Assembly: GCA_001643675.2 (NCBI GenBank)
Contig: LSRY02000001.1
Coordinates: forward strand, 1,116,001 to 1,180,000
From: Monocercomonoides exilis PA203
Taxonomy: Eukaryota > Protista > Preaxostyla
Direction of reading: 5' to 3'
DNA: 64,000 bases
The first letter of the stretch is position 1; each line of letters starts with the position of its first letter. Made by a program: the position numbers and the translations under genes. Shown in pieces: positions 1-11,640 of the stretch. The notes beneath the pieces were generated by a model. It was not told where the DNA came from, made no database searches, and saw only the letters and a list, made by a program, of their open reading frames with translations.

Positions 1-3000
1 TTTCAATTACAAACTCAGATTTTTCTCATGTAGCACTCGACGAAAATTGTATTGTAGAAGCAGATAATATTAAAAGCCTGTCAATCAGCGATACAAACAT
101 ATCATCTCTTACCATGAAATCGGGATCTACAATTTCTGTTTCTTCTAATGATGCCTTAACGATTGAGAACTGTTCGTTCAGCAGCATCAAATTGGATACA
201 ATTGGAGGAAGCGCTATTCGTGTTAAGGAAGGTGCTTCTACTCATTCTGAAAGAGTTTCAAATGAAGCGAATGCATCTTCAATGAATCCTTCTTCTTTCA
301 AGAGGAATTCCAATAAGAATCTCGAGGCTGTACACATAACATCATGCTATTTCAGCGAATGTACTGTGAGTGAAAGTTCTTGCACCGGAGGAGCCATCAT
401 GATTACTCCAACAAACATGATGGATGTAGATATTGATAGCTGTTCGTTCTCAAACTGTATCACAGGAAGTACACTTTTTGAAGAAGCATCTATTTCTTCA
501 ACATCACCTGAGAACACAGATGCTCCAACGCGTGGAGGAGCCATTTATTTTTATTTTGTTGATGCATCAGCCAATTGGCGAATTAACAATCCAACTTGGA
601 GCGCTTTTGGAGAAGCTAATATGAACAATGCGCAGATTGGTCGAGACTTTTTCATATCTTCTGCTAATTTGACTCAATCAGTTCGAGCCTTTTGTTTGCC
701 ATTCTTTGACAACGTCAACTATGATGAATGCTATTACTTTGATCAGAGCTCGCTCAGAGGATACGATGAGCACGATGACTGGACATCCATTCCAATTGGA
801 TTTTATCTCCTTCGACAGCATGCTTCAATTTACGTATCGTCTATTGGATACGACACTACTGCTTGTGGGTTCACGATGTATCATTGCCATTCTTTGCCTT
901 GGGCTGCTTGGAGACAGGAGAACAGCATAAAACATGTAACTATAAACGACACAATGTATATGATGAATCAGTATAGAATTGGCGATTTTTTGATTGACAC
1001 AAATTTATTTAGCAATCTTTCAATTGTTTCCAGCAAAGAAGAGAGACACGCACAGTTTGTTGTTCGTGATTTACCGAATAACGAAGATTTTCCTGGAGTG
1101 TTAGAAAACAACAATACAAACACCATATTTAATGAAATTGATTTCTGTTTGCCTGAAACAATTGCTAAGCACTCATCATTTTTGCGCCAGACTGGCGGAA
1201 CAGTTAATATTCTTCACTGCTCTGTTGTGTTTACCTACAGTTCGCACATTCTCAGATATCCTGCCTTTTGCGTTGAAGGCGGTGAATTGACTGTGGAAGC
1301 ATTTGTAGTTGAGCCAACAAGCTTTGTGCAACACATACCTGATGCAATTTCTTCTGGTACTTCTGCATCATCTCTTTCTTTTGTAACCAAATCAAACGAT
1401 GATGTTCGGAAGACTGTTCTATCTTCAACTTCGCTGTTAACTGTCAACGGTGTTACAGCGTCTGCAGTTCTCAAAGACTTCCCGCTAACTTCTCTCGTTT
1501 CCGAAGGGAATGCTGCTGTAATTGATGTTTCAAACAGATCATCACTCTTATTCAAGGAGTCTATTGTGACTGATTTTTCCACAGATTATTCATCAATTCT
1601 TTCGTCTTCTTCTGGAAGTTCCGTTAATATTGAATCTGTTGTTGTCAGTTCTTCAGACCTTAAAGATGCCCCAGCTATTAGAAATCTGAATGCTGGCTTT
1701 TTGAATGCGACAAACACCACATTTACTGACATCACGCGTGCTTCAACAGGAGGAGCTGCAATATGGATCGAAAGCGGGACAGATTCTCAGCATGCCTCAA
1801 ATTCAGGAGAAAAAATATCTTTGCATGATTGCTTATTTACAAGATGTAAAGTAACTGGAGAAGAATCAGAGCTTTCATTGAAGAATGCATACAAAGCAAA
1901 CATTGACGGGGAAAGCAGTAATCCTCTTTCTTCAGTCTTTGATTCTTCATGTGGAGGAGCAATTTTCGCTTCAATTGGAGCTGGCACTTCTGTCCGTTTT
2001 TGTGAGTGCAGATACACCGAATGCGCTGTGCCCAATGAAAAACCAGCAACTGTTTCTTCTTCTTCAAATGCAGCTTCTGCAAATGGTTGTGGTGGTGCTA
2101 TTCTGCTTTTCTTGACAGATTCTGAAGCTGATTGGGCGATTGAAGCGCCAACATTTCCAGTAAATCCTTCTTCTCTGATGAATCTTGCCCAGTTCGGAAG
2201 AGACTTGTTCGTGACTTCGCCAGCGTTGAATCACTCAATTATCCATTCCCGTCTTCCATTTTTCCCATTAAACAGAAGATTCGATCATTCTTCAATGGAA
2301 GGCTACGATGAGCACAACAACTGGACATCAATTCCGCTGGGTTATTATCTTCTTTCTTTGGAAACAACGATTTATATTTCAACAGAAGGATTCAACACAA
2401 CTGCTTGTGGTTTTGACGATTATCATTGCGAATCATTGAATTATGCTGTTTATAGACAGAACGATCCTCAAAAGGGTAATGTCACAGTGATTGAGTCATT
2501 TGAATTGAACCATGAATTTTCTGTTCCAAACGAATTATTTGTTCTGACTGCGCTTGATTCATCGATTGCAGACATGATAATTATGAACGTTGAAGAAAGC
2601 AATCAAAATGGATTATTTGATAGCAATTCAAATGCAACGTTGAAGCAATTAAAGATAAAAGTCCCGAAGCTTATTTCTAATCATGAAGCAATTTTCACAG
2701 TTTCTGGTAACTCATTCACTTTGACGTCATGCTCCTTGGTTGCTGTTGAAGATAGAACAATAAGCAATGCGTTTATGAAAGTTACAGCAGGAAAGGTTAA
2801 AGTGAGCGAATTCACGTTTACAGCAACAGAAACATCAATATTTGCTTCATCAAACTCAGTAACCAATCTTTCGGATAATATACTGAATAATACATCGCTA
2901 TTTAGCTTTGCAGGTTCTTCTGCAGAAGCATCGTTTGATTCATTTGTGCTCAAGCAAGTTTCGATATTTGGAGATAAATCAACAATTGAAGTTAACAATG

Positions 3001-6000
3001 GGGCATCATTCAATATCACAAATTCAGAAATTGAAGATATTCACTCTCACGCAACTGATGCATCTGTTCATTCTGCTTCAATATTTTCTTCAGATCAAGC
3101 AGAATTACTGGCTTTGAATAATGTTACTATCATATCGATATCGCTTTCTTCTTCCTCTGTTTTGTATTCCAACAGAATCAATAAACTGAATATTAGCTTC
3201 TCAAATTTCAACGATATTTGCTCTCAAAAGGGAAAAGGATCGGCTTTCTGCTTTGATGAATCTGGAGTTGCAGCGAGGAATAATGACGATTGCTTGGTTG
3301 TGCTTGAGAGCAACATATTTCATAATTGCTCTGTGAGCGAATTGAATTCTGCAGGAGGAGCATTGAGTGTAAAGCTGAAAAGTCACACAAGATTTGAAGT
3401 GAAAGAAACCTCGTTTGAATCATGTGCTGCTCCAAATACGCAAGGAAGCTCCGGAAAAGGAGGTGCTGTTTATATGTATGCAATAGATAGCAATTTGGAT
3501 TGGCTATTTTCTCCGATTGCTTTCCCTCCGACTGATGAGCTAACAGCAAACAAAGCAGAATTTGGAAGAGACTTGTTTGTGGATTCTTACAAATTGAATG
3601 AAACAATAACTCGTTCTTCGCTTCCTTTTATTCCTATAATTCCGCCAGATTGCTATTATTTCGATCATTCTTCTCTTTCTGGATTCAATGAACACAACAA
3701 CTGGACTGTCATTCCTTTGGTTTATTATAATCTCGACCAGCACAAAACTATTTATGTATCAAGCGATGGAGTCGATACAACTGCTTGCGGATTTGATGAA
3801 TATCATTGCAAAACTCTGCATTGGGCTGTTTGGAGACAGACATCGGTTAAAGATAAGAATGTAACGGTTAATTCATCATTCACTCTGGTGAATGAGTTCA
3901 ACGTTTCTTTCGATTCGTTCATTCTGAAAGGAAACGAAAGCCACTGCAAATGCTTTATAACTCAAACAGTGCCAAATTCAAACATGAAAGGAATAATCGA
4001 AAATCACAACATAGCATCAATCACAGATATTCATTTTGTTGTTCCTGAAGTGCTTAATCGTCACACAACTTTGATAAATAACAGAAAAGGAACGCTGACA
4101 ATCCAGCGATCTTCGTTGATTCCTTCATCTTCCAACAGAATTCCTTTCAGCTTCCTTGAAGCTACTTACGGAACAATTTCTGTAACCGATTTTGTTGTGG
4201 AACCTCTGGCAGTCGGTCAGGTTTCTGTGAATGACAACAATATTCTACTCACAAATTCTTATTTCATCTCTTCGCAGGGTGAAGCAACAGTTGTTTCGAT
4301 GACAAATCTTGCTGTTTCTTCTATTTCATCAATTTCTTCTTCGCCATTGATGCAATTTGGATCCAAAACAACAACAGTCATAAAAAATTCACAGTTTGAG
4401 CAGATCAACTCAATATCTTCATCTGTAATTTGCTTCAGTTCAGTGAAGAATGCAACAGTTTCTTCGTGTGTTTTCACAGCAATCAGCAAGCAAAATGGAG
4501 ATGGAAGCTGCATTGAACACAGAGGAGAGACAGACTCTCAGCTGATATCGAGAATTGAGAATTGCTCATTCACTGACTGCCACATTTCGAAAAATACAAC
4601 TTCGAATTCGAAGAAATCAAATGAAGCTCTTTCGAACACGATCAAAAACAATCAGAAAGATCAAAGCCGGAATAGAAACAACAATCAGGAAGGATTCAGT
4701 GGAGGAGCTTTGTTTATTGAGATGAATTATCTTGCAGTCATTGAAGTCTTCAATTGTGCTTTTAACGACTGCTCCGCTCCTTCTGAGCCAGGCTCAAAAG
4801 GGAAAGGAGGAAGTATTGGAATATACACACAGAATCTGGATGCTTCGTTCTGTTTAAGAGATTTGAACTTCACATCAAGCTCGGCTGAACTGGGCTTGAA
4901 TGTGTTTGTGGACGGACTTTATTTACCAAAGGAAATAACTTACAGCACGCTCACTTTCTTCAAAGTGTTTGACGGATGGAATGTCCACGAACTTGAGGGA
5001 TTTGACGAACACAACAGCACTGTTGCTATTCCTCTTGGTTACTATTTGCTTGAGCTGAGCAACTGGATCCACACGTCGACTGAAGGATTTGATGTTTCTG
5101 CATGCGGATTCTGGAATTATACCTGCAACTCGCTGAACTACGCAATCGAAAGAGATCTATCAAAAATGAGGGCGTCTGTCGATAGAAGCTGCTATTTCAA
5201 AGGCGAAAATGTTATTTCTCGAATGTTTTTGATTGACGGAAAAGCTGTTGACAGCGAAATGCCATCCACTGCCCCACAACCTCCTTATGAAAGGAAAGGA
5301 ATCATTCGATTCATTGATTCTCCAGCGAATGGGATTAAAAAAGCTCCTCTTACAGTTCAATCGAGCGTTGAAATTGATAATTGTATTTTCTGCATTCCTT
5401 CTTCTTTCCCTTCGCATTCTTCTTTGCTTCATGTGACAAAAGATTCTTTGAGAGTCTTTGGATGCGAAATACTCCCTGAAAGCTCGTTCATTGATCCGTT
5501 TGATTCAACCTTGACTTCAGCTTCATTTACCGGAAATGATCTTCAGAGAAATAAGTTCTCCTTCTCACTTATTCTGATGTCTGGAGGTCGATTAGAGGTT
5601 GAAAACATGCAACTAACTAACTTCGAATTCAATGCTCCGATATTCTCATTGGAAGAAGGAGCACTCTTTTTATTGAAAAAGCTGAATGTGTCAGATATTA
5701 CTTTTTCTAATGGAGCAGTAATTTCAATGAAGAATGCACATCCAAAAGAAGACTTTTCTTTGAAGTTGGAAGATTCTGTGTTTGTGAGATTGACCCAGGA
5801 AAGAAGCGGTCCATGTGTTTTGTCTGTTAATCACGGAAAGGCATCACTTACAAGAATTATTGTAGAAAAATGCGTGTCTGAATCATCTTTGGGATGTGCA
5901 CTTAATGTTGAGAATGCTGTTCTGGCAGTGAGTGATTGCGTGTTCAACGGAGAAATCAGAAATGTTACAACTTCTTCAGATGAAGCATCAAATGATCAAA

Positions 6001-8954
6001 AGCGTTCAACGGAATCGAACGAGCAACTCATTGATGGATACAGGAAAGGACTAATTTCAAAGAACGCATTATTAAATGCAGAATTAGAGGCAGAAGAATA
6101 TATGTACGCCATCTGTGATTGGAAAGGCTCAATTCTTCGTGTTGTTAACTGCACATGCGATATTTCCGCCTCTCAATTAAGTTATTGTGAGTCTGGTGCA
6201 TTTAGCGTAACAGGCGGAAATGTTGTTATGAAGGACGTTGTATTTGAGGCAAATGGGATTGAAAGCAAAATGTATCCAAAAGCACGAAAAGATATCATTT
6301 GCGATGGAAATGCTGCTTTAGATATAACTGCAACAAGCAAGCCAACTCCAACTGAAGTTCAATCTGTTTTTAATCATCAAAATTACTCGTTTGATCTGTC
6401 TCTAGAAAGCGATGAGACAGAAGGAACAACAGAAGGGTGTGAAGAAAGCAAAGAAGAAGAAGAAGAAGAGCAAGACACAGAAACGGAACATTTATGGATT
6501 CTTTCTGCTTCTTGTACTTTGCATAATGATGCTTCTATAACAAAAGGATTTCTCTTTTATCCTTCTGTCTCAAAGATGACACGTTCTGACCAGCCAGAAA
6601 TTGAGCCAGATAAACCTGAAGATGTTCCCAGCGAAGAAGAGAAGGAAGGCGAAGTTAAAGAAGAAGAGGACCAAACAACAGAAATTGAAGGAGATTCGTC
6701 AGATGGACAAAAATCTGCGTTCTTCAAAAGAAGTCGCAATCATAGAAAACTGATAACAACTGCAAAATCAAAGATTTTGAATACCGACCCAACTGAAGAT
6801 AGAGAGCCCATCACTGTAACATTCACAGGAGCTTCACTTCTTCCTTGCAATGTGACTGCTGAAATGCGCTATATTTTGAAAGATGGAAGCTTGAACAGAA
6901 CAACAGATGTGGCTGTTACGCAGTTTGTTGATCCGACAACTGTTAAAGTTGTGCTGAATGCTGATCTCGTTTTGGGAGATGAGGAAGAAGGAGAGGAAAA
7001 AGAAAAGGGAGAACAGATCGAAGAAAAGAAAGAAGAGAAAGAGATTCAATTAGGTAAAAATGAAGGTCATTTTATCAACGAAAAAGCACAGGAAGAGAAG
7101 GAAGAAGAAAGAGAAAGAGAAGAAGAAAAGGAAGAAAAAGAAGAAGAAGAAGAGAAACAAATTGAAGATGTTTATGTATGCCTCCGTTTTTGGAGTCCCT
7201 CTGGAACTGTTCTTCGCACAACAGCTTTTTACATGAACACTCGCAACACGCCTCCGCTGCCTGATCCACCTGCAGATGAGCCCGAACCAGAGCCAGTGAT
7301 ACCCTCGGATGACGAAAAACACGACGAGAACGAGAAAAAGTCGCAATCAGGTGGATTTTTGTGGTGGATTATTATTCTTATTGCGGTAGGAGTTGTGATT
7401 GTCGCTGTTATAATTGTGATTCTATCGAAGAAAAAGAAATCAAAAGCAAAACCAGTGGAAGAAATAGGAGTTGCTTCTAATGAAAAAGATATGAAGAAAG
7501 ATGTATCTTTGGATGAAACTGAAGCTGATGCAAACGAGTCAACGTGCAAGTTGATTCCAACGACTGAAGCAGTGCCAATAAATGTTGTTGATGTCGATTG
7601 CAACGAAGATACATCAGAAACAAGGCTGCTCTCAGACAGTGCAAGAGACAGCAACAGTAATTTATTCCATTCCAACCTATCATCTCCAATCAATTCTGCT
7701 TCATCAAACGTTCAATCTCTTTCTCCTTCTCCATTCTCATCTCCTACTTCAAGCCCTATTACGTCTTCGTATACTCTTCCATCTTCTTCTCCTGTAATGT
7801 ATTCACCTTATCAAACAGAAGAGGAGAGTTTGATTACTCCAAAGAACACTTTGAAAAAGCGCAGAACCAGAAAGCAAAAGAGAAGTGAAGTGATTGCCAA
7901 TCCTTTGGTTGAAAGCGTTGAGACAGGACAGAAAAAGGAGAAAGAAGACAATCTTTTGTCCAGCAGTTCAGATTGGTTAAACTCAACAGCCAATGCAGAT
8001 GAGAATGATGCGTTCATTTTCTCTCGGTCTCCAGCCTCGTTTGCTGAAGATGACTTGACATCTGTGAACAGAGGAAGAGAGTCAATAACACCTATAAAGT
8101 TGGAAGAAGATCTGCTGGAAAGCTTTTCTGAGCGAGTACAAGAAGGTAGCCAAAATTCAATGCTGAATATTTCTTCGTGCACATCATCTTTTGATGCTGA
8201 TGAACTGTGCTCTTCAAATATTCCTGTTTCAAACTCAGCTGGCAACACAAATGGAATGAGAAAAACCAAAACAAAAAGGACGAAGCGCAACAAGAAGAAA
8301 GAAGTGGCGTTTGACTATTCGCGCGATGAAATTGATGAAATTCAGAACATCAATGCATCAGAGATAAATTTAGAATCAGGCGCTTCTGCAACAGCGCCTG
8401 CATCTCTTTCACCAACCACATCATTTGCATCGCCATTAGATTCCACGTTTTCGCCCAGTCAGGACGAACTGCATGTGGAAGGCGCTAATGACGTTACTGC
8501 AGAGGAGATGCTGTTTGACATAACTCACAAGACGGATCACTCCAACTCAGAAAAAATGGATAAATGCACAATTGAGCATTCAATTGCAGATGATTCACTG
8601 ACACTAAGCGATTGTGCAGCACCCTTTTTATCTCCAAAACTTTTGAACAATGAAACAGCAATTGAGACAGAACTTTTGCCATCTGATGATTTGGATTCAT
8701 CTCAAAAATCACAAAAGAAGAAAAAGAAGAGTTCAAAAGATAATACCGAAAAAGAAGGAAAGAAGAGTAGAAAGAAAAGGAAAAATAAGAGAAAAGAGAA
8801 AGAGGCAAACGTTCCAATAGAAAATAACAAAGAAGAAGGATTACAAGATATTTTGGACGAATTCTTCGATTGTGCTGATTTGGAGTTTGGCGAAGAAGAG
8901 TTAAGAGAGCTGGCTGAACTTGAATTAGCTTCCAAATTTAATTTTGATGAATAG
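1..8954 (+). CDS. Giant single-pass (type I) surface protein with four repeated beta-helix-like (GGA[ILV], Pmp/pectin-lyase-like) modules; 5'-truncated by the window edge
   Basis: The frame of ORF 114..8954 is open back to base 3 (SITNSDFSHVALDENCIVE...). The motif block GRD[FL]F[IV]...LPF...GYDEHNNWTxIPLxYxL...IYVSSxGxDTTACGFxxYHCxSLxxA recurs near nt 640, 2200, 3565 and 4895. A hydrophobic TM helix (FLWWIIILIAVGVVIVAVIIVIL, ~7357-7425) is followed by KKKK and a Ser/acidic/basic tail. Stop is TAG. Confidence 0.85.
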   Translation, partial: SITNSDFSHVALDENCIVEADNIKSLSISDTNISSLTMKSGSTISVSSNDALTIENCSFSSIKLDTIGGSAIRVKEGASTHSERVSNEANASSMNPSSFKRNSNKNLEAVHITSCYFSECTVSESSCTGGAIMITPTNMMDVDIDSCSFSNCITGSTLFEEASISSTSPENTDAPTRGGAIYFYFVDASANWRINNPTWSAFGEANMNNAQIGRDFFISSANLTQSVRAFCLPFFDNVNYDECYYFDQSSLRGYDEHDDWTSIPIGFYLLRQHASIYVSSIGYDTTACGFTMYHCHSLPWAAWRQENSIKHVTINDTMYMMNQYRIGDFLIDTNLFSNLSIVSSKEERHAQFVVRDLPNNEDFPGVLENNNTNTIFNEIDFCLPETIAKHSSFLRQTGGTVNILHCSVVFTYSSHILRYPAFCVEGGELTVEAFVVEPTSFVQHIPDAISSGTSASSLSFVTKSNDDVRKTVLSSTSLLTVNGVTASAVLKDFPLTSLVSEGNAAVIDVSNRSSLLFKESIVTDFSTDYSSILSSSSGSSVNIESVVVSSSDLKDAPAIRNLNAGFLNATNTTFTDITRASTGGAAIWIESGTDSQHASNSGEKISLHDCLFTRCKVTGEESELSLKNAYKANIDGESSNPLSSVFDSSCGGAIFASIGAGTSVRFCECRYTECAVPNEKPATVSSSSNAASANGCGGAILLFLTDSEADWAIEAPTFPVNPSSLMNLAQFGRDLFVTSPALNHSIIHSRLPFFPLNRRFDHSSMEGYDEHNNWTSIPLGYYLLSLETTIYISTEGFNTTACGFDDYHCESLNYAVYRQNDPQKGNVTVIESFELNHEFSVPNELFVLTALDSSIADMIIMNVEESNQNGLFDSNSNATLKQLKIKVPKLISNHEAIFTVSGNSFTLTSCSLVAVEDRTISNAFMKVTAGKVKVSEFTFTATETSIFASSNSVTNLSDNILNNTSLFSFAGSSAEASFDSFVLKQVSIFGDKSTIEVNNGASFNITNSEIEDIHSHATDASVHSASIFSSDQAELLALNNVTIISISLSSSSVLYSNRINKLNISFSNFNDICSQKGKGSAFCFDESGVAARNNDDCLVVLESNIFHNCSVSELNSAGGALSVKLKSHTRFEVKETSFESCAAPNTQGSSGKGGAVYMYAIDSNLDWLFSPIAFPPTDELTANKAEFGRDLFVDSYKLNETITRSSLPFIPIIPPDCYYFDHSSLSGFNEHNNWTVIPLVYYNLDQHKTIYVSSDGVDTTACGFDEYHCKTLHWAVWRQTSVKDKNVTVNSSFTLVNEFNVSFDSFILKGNESHCKCFITQTVPNSNMKGIIENHNIASITDIHFVVPEVLNRHTTLINNRKGTLTIQRSSLIPSSSNRIPFSFLEATYGTISVTDFVVEPLAVGQVSVNDNNILLTNSYFISSQGEATVVSMTNLAVSSISSISSSPLMQFGSKTTTVIKNSQFEQINSISSSVICFSSVKNATVSSCVFTAISKQNGDGSCIEHRGETDSQLISRIENCSFTDCHISKNTTSNSKKSNEALSNTIKNNQKDQSRNRNNNQEGFSGGALFIEMNYLAVIEVFNCAFNDCSAPSEPGSKGKGGSIGIYTQNLDASFCLRDLNFTSSSAELGLNVFVDGLYLPKEITYSTLTFFKVFDGWNVHELEGFDEHNSTVAIPLGYYLLELSNWIHTSTEGFDVSACGFWNYTCNSLNYAIERDLSKMRASVDRSCYFKGENVISRMFLIDGKAVDSEMPSTAPQPPYERKGIIRFIDSPANGIKKAPLTVQSSVEIDNCIFCIPSSFPSHSSLLHVTKDSLRVFGCEILPESSFIDPFDSTLTSASFTGNDLQRNKFSFSLILMSGGRLEVENMQLTNFEFNAPIFSLEEGALFLLKKLNVSDITFSNGAVISMKNAHPKEDFSLKLEDSVFVRLTQERSGPCVLSVNHGKASLTRIIVEKCVSESSLGCALNVENAVLAVSDCVFNGEIRNVTTSSDEASNDQKRSTESNEQLIDGYRKGLISKNALLNAELEAEEYMYAICDWKGSILRVVNCTCDISASQLSYCESGAFSVTGGNVVMKDVVFEANGIESKMYPKARKDIICDGNAALDITATSKPTPTEVQSVFNHQNYSFDLSLESDETEGTTEGCEESKEEEEEEQDTETEHLWILSASCTLHNDASITKGFLFYPSVSKMTRSDQPEIEPDKPEDVPSEEEKEGEVKEEEDQTTEIEGDSSDGQKSAFFKRSRNHRKLITTAKSKILNTDPTEDREPITVTFTGASLLPCNVTAEMRYILKDGSLNRTTDVAVTQFVDPTTVKVVLNADLVLGDEEEGEEKEKGEQIEEKKEEKEIQLGKNEGHFINEKAQEEKEEEREREEEKEEKEEEEEKQIEDVYVCLRFWSPSGTVLRTTAFYMNTRNTPPLPDPPADEPEPEPVIPSDDEKHDENEKKSQSGGFLWWIIILIAVGVVIVAVIIVILSKKKKSKAKPVEEIGVASNEKDMKKDVSLDETEADANESTCKLIPTTEAVPINVVDVDCNEDTSETRLLSDSARDSNSNLFHSNLSSPINSASSNVQSLSPSPFSSPTSSPITSSYTLPSSSPVMYSPYQTEEESLITPKNTLKKRRTRKQKRSEVIANPLVESVETGQKKEKEDNLLSSSSDWLNSTANADENDAFIFSRSPASFAEDDLTSVNRGRESITPIKLEEDLLESFSERVQEGSQNSMLNISSCTSSFDADELCSSNIPVSNSAGNTNGMRKTKTKRTKRNKKKEVAFDYSRDEIDEIQNINASEINLESGASATAPASLSPTTSFASPLDSTFSPSQDELHVEGANDVTAEEMLFDITHKTDHSNSEKMDKCTIEHSIADDSLTLSDCAAPFLSPKLLNNETAIETELLPSDDLDSSQKSQKKKKKSSKDNTEKEGKKSRKKRKNKRKEKEANVPIENNKEEGLQDILDEFFDCADLEFGEEELRELAELELASKFNFDE

Positions 8955-9303
8955 AATTTTTATTGTAAAGTATTCATCAATAATTTTGTTATATTATTAC
9001 TCTTTTTATTTATTTGTTTAAATTTTATAAAAATGAGTTTTCAGTGTTTGGAAAATAATGTTGTTAACTTTCATATTTTAGTTAATCAATTTTCTTTCGA
9101 AAAATGATTTTTTATTTCAATTTTGACAACATTTTATATGCAAGAGCACAAATTTCATTTTATTTCAGTTTATATTTTCTAAGAGAATTTACTCTGCTTA
9201 GGCTGCTGTCTTTATGTTCACAGTGAATTCTATTAAAGTTTTTAAAAAAGAGTCTTTTCGTTTTTTCAACCTGATATAAATATTTTCTTTTCTTTCATAA
9301 TTA

Positions 9304-9463
9304 TTTTCTTTTTCTTTTTCTTTTTCTTTTTCTTTTTCTTTTTCTTTTTCTTTTTCTTTTTCTTTTTCTTTTTCTTTTTCTTTTTCTTTTTCTTTTTCTT
9401 TTTCTTTTTCTTTTTCTTTTTCTTTTTCTTTTTCTTTTTCTTTTTCTTTTTCTTTTTCTTTTT
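9304..9463. repeat. (CTTTTT)n hexamer microsatellite, ~26 units
   Basis: Directly visible perfect tandem repeat. Confidence 0.97.
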
Positions 9464-10394
9464 GAGTTTTTGGGATTTTTGTTGACGTGATTTCAGTTTG
9501 ATCCTAAAATGCCTCTAACAATTTATATTCATTTTACAATGACCAACGTTTATTTTAAACATATTTCTATGTACAAATGAAGCATTCTGCTAATTCTATG
9601 CATAAATAGATTTATGTTAGTTTGTGTCAAATATCCTTTTGATACTCGTAATTCGTAATTTGTAAATGCATGTTAAGTTCACAATGCACTGTTATTTGTG
9701 TACTCCCCATTTATGTTTAATAGTGAATGCATTTAAACACACATAGTTATTTTTTCCTATCTTTTTATGTTTTCATGAAAAATTTTTTAAAATTATCGAA
9801 ATTTTGATTTTTCTTTAAAGTTGAAATGAGAGTTTTGCGATTTATTAGCGATTTATTAAATGAATTTTAATTGTTATTCCACCTCAATTTCTTTTAAAGA
9901 TGGAAGATATGAAAGCAATAACAAACACATGCTTTTCTTTCTCGTTCATTGCACGAAATTGATTTCAAGCATTATTTTCAAATGCCCTAAACCTAATATT
10001 TTTTCCCAATCCAAATTGACAAGATTTAGGTTTGAATTCTTTTGATTGAGAGAAGGTTTTTAATTTTTTATTATAAGCTATTGTTCAGAGTTATTTCAAA
10101 ACGACAAAGAGAAAACGAAGATTACTTTTATAGAATTTTAAATTCTGAAAAGAAATGGCCTAGTTAACTTCACAAAGTCTCAACAAAAGAAAGAAAATTA
10201 GTTATTGCATGACTGAACATTAAGAATAATTTCTTGAGTTTTTTTGAGAACTTGTACGAATTCGAAAACTCTCATAAAAAAGCTTCAAAATAAAGTCAAT
10301 TTATAATGTATTATCTAAAATATTTTAATGAAGTGGAGTTATAAAATACTTTCCTTTTTTGACGTGAAGCTCTTCGTAAATACTTTCACTGGTA

Positions 10395-11484
10395 TCAATC
10401 ATCATCTTCTCCTTCCATAAACACTTCTTCAACAGGATCAAGCTTCGGCTCAACTGCCTTAATGTGATCCTTCCTTGCCCTCATGCTTCTAACTCTGTGA
10501 ATGTATTTCATCCCACGTGATGCTTTCTCGCGTGCCCGAATCTGTTGAAAAGCCCATTGATTACGTCGAAGAAAATGAATGAATGTTTTGATAAATCATC
10601 GAAAAAATTAATTCAATTTGTTTTAAAAAATAAACTTCAAATTATTAACAACAGTCATGCCTTTGTTGGGCTGACATATGTTTGACTTTTCCAAATTGTT
10701 TGCCCTTTGAAACTATCTGAGAAAATGCGAATTGGATCAAGAACAAATCTTGGTCCAATTTCTACAAGAACAGGATCATCTGACCCAGAGGTCGAATCAG
10801 CAAGCTCTTCATCAACCGTAGCAATCCCTGTTCTTCCCAATAATCTTGCAACATTCTTTTCTACAATCTACAAAGCAAAGTTTATAAAAATTCTGAAAGG
10901 AAAATTGACTTACTTGATAATGTCTGAACCAGATTTTATCGTCAGCATAAAAAAATGAGTACACATGGTCTACGTAAGGAACAACTTTTGGATGTGTTGC
11001 AGGAGGTGCAAAAATCTTTAAAAAAATTGTTACTTTCACAAATAATCATTTTTTCCCATACATTTGTAAACATCTCTTTGAGAATTGCCAGATGAGGAAG
11101 TGAATCGAAATGAGCATCAAACGACAAAAGAGGCCTAGAATTTAACATGTGATTTCCTGTCAGTTGAAGCTCTTGCATCGTGTGAATGTTGTATACTTGA
11201 AATTTTGCTGTTGGGCCAGAAGGAGTCATTCCCAACCATAAATAAAGATCAGTCTTTTTTCTAACTTCAAAAAATACTGTTCCGGAGCATGATCTCAACT
11301 TGCATATTTCTGCTACAGCAGCTATCTTAAGCTTTTTATCAAGTTTTGGTTCAGTGATGCTGTGTGTCACCATTTTTTGGAGATCTTTCATCAAATATCT
11401 CTGTTTTGCTCCAATACCCCTGGAACTAAAAATGAGAACCTTCTTTGGCTTTGTAACCTTTTTGGGTTTGAGCGAATGAGGCAT
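10395..11484 (-). CDS. BRX1: Ribosome biogenesis protein BRX1 (Brix domain); 4 exons: 11484-11062, 11015-10914, 10867-10661, 10541-10395 (~292 aa)
   Basis: Brix motifs KVLIFSSRGI, FFEVRKKTDLYLW, GPTAKF, HTMQELQLTGN, SRPLLSFD, PYVDHV, IWFRHYQI, LVEIGPRFVLDPIRIF, YVSPTKIR. The spliced length of 879 nt keeps frame. Introns are 46, 46 and 119 nt; the last is GC-AG. Confidence 0.92.
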
Positions 11485-11640
11485 TGAAAAAACAATATGA
11501 TCAAACTAACCAATATAATTTATATGACAGTTTTCTTTTCAAATTGAAATATGATATTTTTATCAAATATCAATGAATTATTATTTATTTTTCTAACAAT
11601 GAAAAAAGATCAATAACCAATTATTTATTTCTGACGGTTT
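11485..11640. promoter_or_regulatory. Putative bidirectional promoter (156 bp between divergent ATGs)
   Basis: Head-to-head BRX1 and centrin-like start codons separated by a short AT-rich spacer; no specific element identified. Confidence 0.45.

Noticed and set aside
347-8935. Many antisense and alternate-frame ORFs overlapping the giant gene
   Set aside because: Shadow ORFs from Ser/Glu/Lys-rich codon bias; no independent features.
9304-9463. Telomeric repeat or CRISPR-like array
   Set aside because: Simple internal (CTTTTT)n with no spacers and no G-rich telomere motif; no CRISPR array seen anywhere in the window.
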